Positions 56,587-64,000 of a stretch of DNA of 64,000 nucleotides are shown here, piece after piece (within the stretch, counting starts at the first letter, position 1; each line of letters starts with the position of its first letter). Below the pieces are notes generated by a model. The model worked only from the letters and a program-made list of their open reading frames with translations, searched no databases and was not told the origin of the DNA. The DNA is taken from assembly GCA_013202715.1 (NCBI GenBank), contig JABMRF010000040.1:4376-68375 (forward strand), in the 5' to 3' direction. A program made the position numbers and the translations under genes. Origin of the DNA: Candidatus Kuenenbacteria bacterium. GTDB lineage: Bacteria; Patescibacteriota; Patescibacteriia; UBA11705; JABHMO01.

Positions 56587-57156
56587 ATGAATCTGATCAG
56601 CAAAGTCTGGGACAGGACCTTCAAGATGGCAGTCGTGTTTTGCTTGGTGTTGTTCGCGATCGCGATCACCGGCTGCGATTTCGGAGGAGACGATACTCCG
56701 GAAGAAACCACCATGGAAGCGACACAGTCGCAAGGAGAAGTGCTCGAGGAAACGGTAGTCTCGGAAACAGAGCTCTATGTGTCCGTCATGGGATGCTTCC
56801 CGGTGCCCCAGTCGGACTTCGAGAACGGCATCAAGCCGGACTGGACCGGTACGATTTCCTACATCACACCCAATCCCGAAATGACGAGTACAAAAGTCAT
56901 CACGATCACCGACATTCCGGTAACCCTGGGAGGATGCTTCGTCACCCTCTACGTGCCACTGAAGGACATCGAACTCGGGTTCTGGATCAACACCTCCGAG
57001 GGGTGGGAGAACTCCCAAAGCCCCTATCTTGCAGAGGTCCGATTCCTCACGACCACTTACGGTCAAGAGGGCAATCAGATCGAAACTCGAAAGGTCAATA
57101 TCGGAGAAGAAGAATCTGCCGGCTTCCCTATCTGGGATGCCAACACCTACCAGTAA
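56587..57156 (+). CDS. Hypothetical acidic lipoprotein
   Basis: MNLISKVW; lipobox ITGC; terminator 57185-57225. Confidence 0.78.
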   Translation: MNLISKVWDRTFKMAVVFCLVLFAIAITGCDFGGDDTPEETTMEATQSQGEVLEETVVSETELYVSVMGCFPVPQSDFENGIKPDWTGTISYITPNPEMTSTKVITITDIPVTLGGCFVTLYVPLKDIELGFWINTSEGWENSQSPYLAEVRFLTTTYGQEGNQIETRKVNIGEEESAGFPIWDANTYQ

Positions 57157-57229
57157 GCCCACACTTGGGCATACTTCAGACATCAAAGGGCTCAACCTTA
57201 TCTCAGGTTGGGCTCTTTTTCTTTTTAAA

Positions 57230-59161
57230 TTATTTCTTTTCTTCGAAGTCAGCATCCTGCGTATTCGAATCATCATCAGCTTTTTTTTCTTCAGTTTCAT
57301 TACTATCGCCTTTATCTCCTGTTTCCCCTGCTTCTCCTGTCTTCCCTTGTTCCGCCGCCTGTGCCTTGTACATTTCTTCCCCAGCCTTCATCGCAATCTT
57401 ATTAATCTCTTCCAATTTCGCTTTGATCGCTTCTGTATCTTCTCCGTCTTTAATTTTTTTAAGCTCTTCGACTTTTTCAGTTAGATCTTTTTTGATATCT
57501 TCTGAAATTTTATCACCGGACTCTTTCATCATTTTTTCTGTTGTATAACAAACTGAATCAGCCTGATTTTTAATTTCAATCGCGTCTTTCTTTTTCTTGT
57601 CTTCATCAGCATGTTCCTCAGCATCCTTTTTCATTTTTTCAATTTCTTCTTTACTTAAACCGGACGAAGCGGTAATTGTAATTGCCTGTTCTTTATTGGT
57701 AGCTTTATCTTTGGCTTTAACGTTCATAATACCGTTGGCATCAATATCAAAACTAACCTCAACTTGCGGTACGCCGCGTGGCGCTGGTGGAATTCCGTCA
57801 AGAATAAAACGACCCAAGGTTTTGTTTCCCTCAGACATCTCACGCTCACCCTGAAGCACGTGAATTTCAACTGTGTTCTGATTATCAGCTGCAGTTGAAA
57901 AGACTTGTGACTTTGAAGCTGGGATAGTCGTATTTTTTTCAATAAGTTTTGTCATCACACCACCCAGAGTTTCAATTCCGACTGAAAGTGGAGTTACGTC
58001 AAGTAATAGAACGTCTTTAACATCACCCTGTAAAACACCGGCTTGAACTGCGGCGCCGGAAGCAACAACTTCGTCAGGATTAACGCCAACGTGCGGTTTT
58101 TTTCCGAAGAATTCTTCCACTTTTTTTAATACCAATGGCATACGGGTCATTCCCCCAACCATGATAATTTCCTCAATATCTTCAACTTTGAATCCAGCAT
58201 CAGCTAAAGCTTTTTTACATGGTTCAAGTGTTTTATCAACTAAAGGAGTAACTAATTCTTCAAGTTTTGCCCGAGTCATTTTTTTAACTAAATGAACAGG
58301 ATTACCTGAAGGATCCTGAGCAACAAACGGTTGATTAATTTCAGTTTCCTGCGCAGTTGATAATTCAATCTTTGCTTTTTCCGCAGCTTCTTTAACTCGC
58401 TGTAAAGCCATTTGATCTCCACTTAAGTCGACACCGGTTTCAGTTTTAAATTCTTTAATTATCCAGTCGATGATTACTTTATCAAAATCATCACCACCAA
58501 GATGGGTATCGCCATTAGTGGATTTAACTTCAACGGTATCTTCGCCAACATCTAAAATTGAAATATCAAAAGTACCGCCACCCAAATCATAAACTGCGAT
58601 CTGTTCCCCTTTTTTCTTATCAAATCCGTAAGCTAGGGCCGCAGCAGTTGGTTCATTAATAATTCGACGAACTTTTAGTCCGGCAATTTCACCGGCATCT
58701 TTTGTGGCTTGTCTTTGTGCATCGTTAAAATAGGCTGGCACAGTAATTACAACTTCATCAATTTTCTCACCAATTTTTTCTTCCGCATCTGCTTTCATTT
58801 TTTGAAGTAGCATTGCTGAAATCTCTTGCGGAGTATATTCTTTATCCGCCATTTTGACTTTGACGCCATCACCTGATTCAACCAATTCATAAGGTAATGT
58901 TTCTTTGTCTTTTTGAACTTCGTCATCTGAATAACTGAGCCCAATCAATCTTTTGATTGAAAAAACTGTGTCTTTTGGATTAGTTACTGCTTGCCGCTTT
59001 GCAGGCAATCCTACCAATCGCTCACCGGTCTTGCCAATCGCAATTACTGACGGAGTTGTTCGGCTCCCCTCTTTATTTTCTAAAATTTTTGGCTTCCCTC
59101 CCTCAACAATTGCCATGCAACTGTTTGTTGTTCCTAAATCAATCCCGAGTATCTTTGACAT
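57230..59161 (-). CDS. dnaK: Chaperone DnaK
   Basis: [40 protein letters not shown]. Confidence 0.98.
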   Translation of the reverse strand: MSKILGIDLGTTNSCMAIVEGGKPKILENKEGSRTTPSVIAIGKTGERLVGLPAKRQAVTNPKDTVFSIKRLIGLSYSDDEVQKDKETLPYELVESGDGVKVKMADKEYTPQEISAMLLQKMKADAEEKIGEKIDEVVITVPAYFNDAQRQATKDAGEIAGLKVRRIINEPTAAALAYGFDKKKGEQIAVYDLGGGTFDISILDVGEDTVEVKSTNGDTHLGGDDFDKVIIDWIIKEFKTETGVDLSGDQMALQRVKEAAEKAKIELSTAQETEINQPFVAQDPSGNPVHLVKKMTRAKLEELVTPLVDKTLEPCKKALADAGFKVEDIEEIIMVGGMTRMPLVLKKVEEFFGKKPHVGVNPDEVVASGAAVQAGVLQGDVKDVLLLDVTPLSVGIETLGGVMTKLIEKNTTIPASKSQVFSTAADNQNTVEIHVLQGEREMSEGNKTLGRFILDGIPPAPRGVPQVEVSFDIDANGIMNVKAKDKATNKEQAITITASSGLSKEEIEKMKKDAEEHADEDKKKKDAIEIKNQADSVCYTTEKMMKESGDKISEDIKKDLTEKVEELKKIKDGEDTEAIKAKLEEINKIAMKAGEEMYKAQAAEQGKTGEAGETGDKGDSNETEEKKADDDSNTQDADFEEKK

Positions 59162-59180
59162 ATTTACTATTTGTTAATAA

Positions 59181-59266
59181 TACATGATCCACTGATCTTC
59201 TACATGATCTACTGATAAACACTTAATAAATCATGTGGATCAGTAGCAAATCACGTAGATCAAGTA
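59181..59266. repeat. TGATC/GATCA inverted-repeat element, copy 2 (inverted)
   Basis: Reverse complement aligns to 44097-44175. Confidence 0.85.
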
Positions 59267-59289
59267 TTAAAACGTAATTCTTATAAATG

Positions 59290-59436
59290 TTATTTATTTG
59301 TATTAATTTCTTTGTCATTATTTTCCTCATCAACACTGTCTAATCGTCCGACACTAGAGGCAATTCCCTTTAATGTACCGGCCAGCCAAATAGATATGAT
59401 AAGTAGTATCTTTCTAATAATTTTAGGTAATTTCAT
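59290..59436 (-). CDS. 48-aa small protein between grpE and dnaK
   Basis: ATG 1 nt after the grpE stop; MKLPKIIRKILLIISIWLAGTLKGIASSVGRLDSVDEENNDKEINTNK. Confidence 0.5.
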   Translation of the reverse strand: MKLPKIIRKILLIISIWLAGTLKGIASSVGRLDSVDEENNDKEINTNK

Positions 59437-59437
59437 A

Positions 59438-59989
59438 TTATTCTTCTTTACCAACAATTACTTTTGCAACTTGAACACATTTATTGTTCAAAGTATATCC
59501 AGCTCGCACCTCTTGAACAATTATATTGTTCGCCTTTACTTCTTTTTTTGAAGGGGGCTCCATAGTTCTGCCAGAGGCAGACTGTGGAGTCCTTGTAGGG
59601 ATCTTTGAATCTTCCACCGCTTCATGTAAATTTGAGTCAAACTTCTCCCCTACTGTTTTCACGGCCTCAACACCATTTTGACTTAAAAAATCCTCAAGCT
59701 GCTTCTTGATATACCCGAAACCAACCACCCACGGACTATCTTTTTCGTCTTCAGGGATCTGATTAAAGGCAGCTTTGAAATTATCCAAAACCGGTAAAAT
59801 CTCCATGATCAAGTTCGCATTTGCATACTTAACGTAATCATTTCTCTTGCCATCAAATTCTTTTACCAGGTTCTGATAATCAGCTTGTGCCCTTTTCCAA
59901 CCGTTAAGGTATTCTTCACATTTTTGTTTGAGGTCTTCTTCTTTACTTTTACCTTTTACCTTTGACCTTTTAACTTTTTTTTCTGCCAT
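59438..59989 (-). CDS. grpE: Nucleotide exchange factor GrpE
   Basis: WKRAQADYQN, ILPVLDNF, GEKFD..HEAV, GYTL..VAKVIV. Confidence 0.95.
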   Translation of the reverse strand: MAEKKVKRSKVKGKSKEEDLKQKCEEYLNGWKRAQADYQNLVKEFDGKRNDYVKYANANLIMEILPVLDNFKAAFNQIPEDEKDSPWVVGFGYIKKQLEDFLSQNGVEAVKTVGEKFDSNLHEAVEDSKIPTRTPQSASGRTMEPPSKKEVKANNIIVQEVRAGYTLNNKCVQVAKVIVGKEE

Positions 59990-59995
59990 ATATTT

Positions 59996-60688
59996 TTATG
60001 TTAACAATTTAACAGATTCCCTCACCAGCGCATAATTCTTCTGATAGTTCATGCGCATTGGTCCGATCAGCGCGATTATTCCTTTATATTTTCCCAATTG
60101 ATATTTAAACACAACTAAACTACAATCACAGCCAATCGGATTTTTTGAACCGATAAATACCTCCGGCTCATCAAAATCTTTTTCATCAAGCTCAAAAACT
60201 TTCGTATCCAGTCGATCAATCACTGATGACAGATTAACAACCAAATCAGAATTCTGGAATTCCGGTTGTGAAAATATATTCGATAATCCAGTGTAATAGT
60301 TATCACACTCGGCAAATGTAACCATCACTCCCTGCTTTGAAAGCGCGGCAATTTTCTTGGCAAAGTTTTTGATTTTTACTCGGTCTTCAGTTTCCTGTTT
60401 TTTTATTTCTTCGAGCAAGTTTTTTTCCATTGCATTTAATTCTTTTTCTTTGTCCAAATAATTTTCCACATAAAACTGGTAAGCTTTCTCCGTCGGAACT
60501 CTACCCGCTGAAGTGTGGGGTTGAAAAATGTAACCTTCGTTTTCGAGTGCTACCAATTCGTTCCGAATAGTGGCCGGACTGATTTTCTCTTTCATTTTTC
60601 CCACCAAAAAGCTGGAAGCAAGTGGTTTTGCATCCTTTATAAAGGCGTCGATGATTCTTTTTAGAAGTTGTTTTTGCCTCTCGTTCAT
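59996..60688 (-). CDS. hrcA: Heat-inducible repressor HrcA (short form)
   Basis: SPATIRNE, QPHTSAGRVPT, IGPMRMNY. Confidence 0.93.
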   Translation of the reverse strand: MNERQKQLLKRIIDAFIKDAKPLASSFLVGKMKEKISPATIRNELVALENEGYIFQPHTSAGRVPTEKAYQFYVENYLDKEKELNAMEKNLLEEIKKQETEDRVKIKNFAKKIAALSKQGVMVTFAECDNYYTGLSNIFSQPEFQNSDLVVNLSSVIDRLDTKVFELDEKDFDEPEVFIGSKNPIGCDCSLVVFKYQLGKYKGIIALIGPMRMNYQKNYALVRESVKLLT

Positions 60689-60711
60689 ATGAAATCATTT
60701 TAACACACCTC

Positions 60712-60738
60712 TTAGCACTCGTCAAGAGGGACTGCCAG
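60712..60738 (-). promoter_or_regulatory. CIRCE operator overlapping the hrcA promoter
   Basis: TTAGCACTC-N9-GACTGCCAG (consensus TTAGCACTC-N9-GAGTGCTAA); minus strand TTGACG-17-TAAAAT overlaps it. Confidence 0.88.
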
Positions 60739-60752
60739 TTGTTTTTTAGAAT

Positions 60753-60789
60753 AAAAAAAGACGCGATTTCGTAGTTACGAAATCGCGTT
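60753..60789 (-). terminator. Intrinsic terminator
   Basis: ACGCGATTTCGTA/TACGAAATCGCGT stem plus T-tract on the minus strand. Confidence 0.75.
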
Positions 60790-60801
60790 GTGTTGTTTTC
60801 T

Positions 60802-61200
60802 CTAAAACAATCTAGGAAACTGAGCGTCTGTGCAGTCCAGACCTTCATCAATGAGTCCATCGCAGTCATTGTCGTAAAGGTCACCACAAATCTCAACCCC
60901 ACCATTTGACTCTGTCTTGCAGGAATACTCTCCACATCCCGGAATGGAATCATAAGTGAGCGGATCGCCGTCCAAATCAACCAGCCAAGACGGACACTCC
61001 CCCTCCGCCACCTCAGCACCGGGAACTTCTGCTTGAGCGCCCTGTTCCTTCTTGAGTGCTTCAACAGTTTTTTCCAGCACTTCAATTCGCGCCAGCATAG
61101 CCTCGTCTGCTTCCGTCCTTTTTTGAATACCATACCCCAAACACGCAAACCCGAAAGCTACAGCCACACACAGAAACGTAACTCTTCTATTTAGACTCAT
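60802..61200 (-). CDS. Membrane-anchored protein with Cys/Asp metal-binding (MopE-like) motif
   Basis: SD AGGAGG; TM; coiled coil; EICGDLYDNDCDGLIDEG. Confidence 0.75.
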   Translation of the reverse strand: MSLNRRVTFLCVAVAFGFACLGYGIQKRTEADEAMLARIEVLEKTVEALKKEQGAQAEVPGAEVAEGECPSWLVDLDGDPLTYDSIPGCGEYSCKTESNGGVEICGDLYDNDCDGLIDEGLDCTDAQFPRLF

Positions 61201-61242
61201 GTGCTCCTCCTTTTCAGTTTAAGTTATACTATTCCACTTTAC

Positions 61243-62223
61243 TCACTGTTCATTCATACTCATCATCTGTTCACGCCAAACAATCTTGGCGGACTTGGGA
61301 ACAAAGTGAAGTGTACCACTCGGGCAAACCACACCAGTTCCGGAGACCGGGATTGTATAACGAACCAAATATTCATCGTCAGTTTCACCGATCAACTCCA
61401 GCTCCCCTCGTCTATCTTGCATACACCGACGAGAGTATTCAAAGCTGATGTTGCCGTTGAAAATCTTTTCCGGATTCACAACGGTCACGTATTGCCAATG
61501 AAACGAATCCGCTACCGGCCCAGGGATTCCCCAACTCTGATATCGTTCCATCAAACTGGCGACCAATTGCTTTCGCTCTTTTTCCTGTTCTTCTTCCAGG
61601 AGGAAGCGAGCAATGTCGTCCGCTGCCATAAACGTACGAGTTCCCGTAGGGCAATCATCGCTGTAAGCCTCTTCGGGCGCTGTGTACTCCACGTAGTAAG
61701 TACCCTCATAGGAAAGTCGAACTCTCAACTCTCCATGACGATTGAAGCCGCACCTGTCCCGAAACACGAATTCGCGATTGCAATTACTCAGAATCTCCAG
61801 GTTGGCTATCACAGTTCTCTCCCAATGAGTCAAACGAATTGGGGCGCTGGGCTCGATTTCGTCGATGATTTTGTCCAGATCAGCAATCAGTTCAATCTCA
61901 ACGTCTGATCGCATCCTCGATTGAGCAACCTGCTCTTTAGAAGGTTGCTCGACAACTTCCGGCTGAACTGCCTGATCATTATAAACAATGTTATTTATCT
62001 GGTGAACAAGCTGGTTCATTCCATAAACATACAGAACCAAACTGGCTTCTGCTACAAACTTGAACTCCTGGTCATACTCACCTTGCTCACAAACGGACTC
62101 AGTTTCTCCTGCTACAAAATCTTGACTCTGAGCATTCTCATAGCCAAAAAGTCCATAGCTCAGAAGGCACACAGCAACGCAAATCAAGACAATCCCGCTC
62201 GCAATTTGAAGTGCTTTCTTCAT
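61243..62223 (-). CDS. Membrane-anchored hypothetical protein with internal duplication
   Basis: SD GGAGG; CGFNRHGELRV..YYVEYTAP..CPTGT vs CMQDRRGELEL..YLVRYTIP..CPSGT. Confidence 0.72.
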   Translation of the reverse strand: MKKALQIASGIVLICVAVCLLSYGLFGYENAQSQDFVAGETESVCEQGEYDQEFKFVAEASLVLYVYGMNQLVHQINNIVYNDQAVQPEVVEQPSKEQVAQSRMRSDVEIELIADLDKIIDEIEPSAPIRLTHWERTVIANLEILSNCNREFVFRDRCGFNRHGELRVRLSYEGTYYVEYTAPEEAYSDDCPTGTRTFMAADDIARFLLEEEQEKERKQLVASLMERYQSWGIPGPVADSFHWQYVTVVNPEKIFNGNISFEYSRRCMQDRRGELELIGETDDEYLVRYTIPVSGTGVVCPSGTLHFVPKSAKIVWREQMMSMNEQ

Positions 62224-62270
62224 GATAATCCTCCGTAAGAGTTTATTGTCAATTTACACTATAACAGAAG

Positions 62271-62299
62271 ATTATAGCACTCATTTATAAAAAAGTCAA
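62271..62299 (-). promoter_or_regulatory. Consensus sigma70 promoter
   Basis: TTGACT-17 nt-TATAAT with extended TG. Confidence 0.75.
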
Positions 62300-62460
62300 G
62301 TTTCAAAGGAGAAAATGACAACAAATTATTTAAATTTACATAAAAAAGAAGCTCATCACCTCGTTTTTATTTACTTACCCTAGATTGAATTGATGATTTT
62401 TATATTTAACAAAAAGGCTCTAGGTTGAAAACCTAGAGCCTACCGCTTGATAAGCGGAGT

Positions 62461-62751
62461 CTATGAAAAAATGGCCATTCCAGCACCTGCTGAAGCAAAA
62501 AGAAGAATAGCCCAGTAGAGAACTGACAAGAACCACACACCCACACTGGGAAATCCCTTCCTACTTAAAGGCAGAAGAAAACTTGCCGCACAACCGATAA
62601 GAATGCTCCCAGTTAAGAGCTCATTGAGATTGTGAGGACCAACAATACCTCCAGGGTGAAAAGTGGCCCAAACAGCAACAAGAAAAGCAGACAAAGCTAC
62701 AAGCAAATCTCTCCACGAATGCTCTTCCCAAAACTTTTTCAAAGTACTCAT
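62461..62751 (-). CDS. Small three-TM membrane protein
   Basis: Hydrophobic; promoter TTGACG-17-TATACT near 62799-62827; terminator 62411-62441. Confidence 0.7.
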   Translation of the reverse strand: MSTLKKFWEEHSWRDLLVALSAFLVAVWATFHPGGIVGPHNLNELLTGSILIGCAASFLLPLSRKGFPSVGVWFLSVLYWAILLFASAGAGMAIFS

Positions 62752-62927
62752 TGAAACCCCTTTTTGGTTTATTATCTCAAATTACACCATAACTGAGAAG
62801 TATAGCACAATTTTAATAACCCGTCAATACCCAATAGCTAATTTTACACAAAAAATGAGCAAAATTGCTCATTTTTGACTTATGCGGTCCTGTTAAATGG
62901 GGTTTACCAAATGATGGGACAGAGTCC

Positions 62928-64000
62928 CTACTTCACGGGGCCGTCCTTTATTTTCCCTTTATCATCATAAATCAATTTAGTTGTAATTGTGCCCAAAGAC
63001 TTTACAATCGTTTGGCCGGTAACATTATCAGTTCCAGTTATTTTCAGATCTGTTAATAATGGCGGATATGTTCCGATTTGGCCGGCAGTTGGAATTATGC
63101 CCACCTCGAATGCAAACCCGATGTTAGCCGGATCAACTGGGACTTTGGAAATCTGCCAAGTTAAAGTTTTTGTTCCTGCATCATATTTAATCGGATCGCC
63201 GACCGGCACGTTGCTCTTATCATTCCACGAGACGTTGAACGGAAGTTTACCAGAGACCGTTACATTTTCTACATCATTGATGTCGTTAATCATTTTCGCA
63301 AATATCCAATACTTATTTTCTTTGGCAACGCGCGGTGGCAATGGTCCACGCCCGAGCTGATCACCAGTCTTTGCATAATACATTGAATAAGCCTGAACTG
63401 ACAGATTGCTATTCAATTTTAGAAACTGATCATGCCCCACTACCTGAACTTTCTGCTCGTCCAGCTTGTAAGAGTAATTCAATTGAGTACCAAGCCCGAG
63501 CGCGTTAGAGCCAGGAACATATTCTCTGGTTTTGACTTTGAATTTAATTTCTCCAGACTCGCCCGGTTGCAATAATGCCAGACGTGCAATTTCCTTGAAA
63601 TCCCAAATCAACTTCTGGTTTTCCAGTCGGCCATTTTCCTTTTCAATAACCCCAGTATTCCAATAATCTGAGCTAAGATCCAACTCCATTTGAATATTTT
63701 CAATTGTATACTTGCCCTTGTTTTGATAACTAAGAGTCATTGGCACATAGTCGCCAGGAGTAACCGCTTCACCATCTATTTCAAGATCATAGTCAACGAT
63801 AAATTTTGACTCAACGATCTGACCCTTTTTTAGCCAATGAGTTTGAGTTAGCTGCTCCCCGTCTCTGGTCCAAAAAACATCAAAGCTAAAATCTTGATTG
63901 CCCTCTCCGGCATCAATTCGAAGCGGGATTACAAAGTCGGCACTATCGCCCGGCCCGAAATTAAACGACTCCAAGCCATCGTGCATACCGTGATAAACTT
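62928..64000 (-). CDS. Large surface protein with Ig-like/DUF11-type domains; 5' end outside the window
   Basis: Open frame toward the window edge; PGDYV..TLSYQNKG, L..LQPGESGEIKF, GPLPPRV. Confidence 0.75.
   Translation of the reverse strand, partial: VYHGMHDGLESFNFGPGDSADFVIPLRIDAGEGNQDFSFDVFWTRDGEQLTQTHWLKKGQIVESKFIVDYDLEIDGEAVTPGDYVPMTLSYQNKGKYTIENIQMELDLSSDYWNTGVIEKENGRLENQKLIWDFKEIARLALLQPGESGEIKFKVKTREYVPGSNALGLGTQLNYSYKLDEQKVQVVGHDQFLKLNSNLSVQAYSMYYAKTGDQLGRGPLPPRVAKENKYWIFAKMINDINDVENVTVSGKLPFNVSWNDKSNVPVGDPIKYDAGTKTLTWQISKVPVDPANIGFAFEVGIIPTAGQIGTYPPLLTDLKITGTDNVTGQTIVKSLGTITTKLIYDDKGKIKDGPVK

Noticed and set aside
56530-57548. Long overlapping ORFs 56530..57300 (-) and 56640..57548 (+)
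   Set aside because: Shadow frames of the GC-rich lipoprotein gene and dnaK; no SD or motifs. The same applies to antisense ORFs over 659-3831, 7622-8284 and 61201-61908.
62274-62300. TAGCACTC as a second CIRCE
   Set aside because: There is no second half-site 9 nt away; it is simply the extended -10 region of a promoter.
1-64000. Prophage, integron or diversity-generating retroelement explaining the orphan cassettes
   Set aside because: No integrase, reverse transcriptase, phage structural genes, attC-like series or adenine-specific TR/VR pair was seen in this window.

Overview
This looks like a chromosomal segment of a Patescibacteria/CPR (Parcubacteria-like) bacterium. That assignment is inferred from the short AlaRS, alpha2-type GlyRS, type IV pilus cluster, GWAWSENIGW and AWTEP..PP surface proteins, and the lack of biosynthetic genes. 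Standard code 11 applies. Core genes are almost all on the minus strand: alaS, mnmA, S11 peptidase, pilin-pilC-pilB-pilO-pilN-pilM, rnhA, recJ, lepA, murJ, ADP-forming acyl-CoA ligase, pduL, pfkB, glyQS, frr, holB, GT4, mreB, dus, cysS and hrcA-grpE-dnaK-dnaJ with a CIRCE operator. They are interspersed with orphan genes that carry their own consensus sigma70 promoter, Shine-Dalgarno and terminator. No rRNA, tRNA or CRISPR array was seen. The strongest unexplained signal is a dense set of very small repeat elements: (i) inverted tandem-repeat elements (7-, 8- and 9/11-nt periods) at gene junctions, usually touching start or stop codons, including one copy bracketing a GxxExxY nuclease gene, an empty copy and a solo arm; (ii) REP-like palindromes, two of them tied to a REP-associated tyrosine transposase; (iii) members of both classes inserted in frame in core genes (alaS, mnmA at least twice, grpE, pilN) or nested inside each other. 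Other highlights are a 43-nt identical, structured leader duplicated before two unrelated exported proteins, a GC-rich binding-protein/OmpA/vWA operon, and three accessory genes with single in-frame nonsense codons. All calls were made by eye and no database searches were run.
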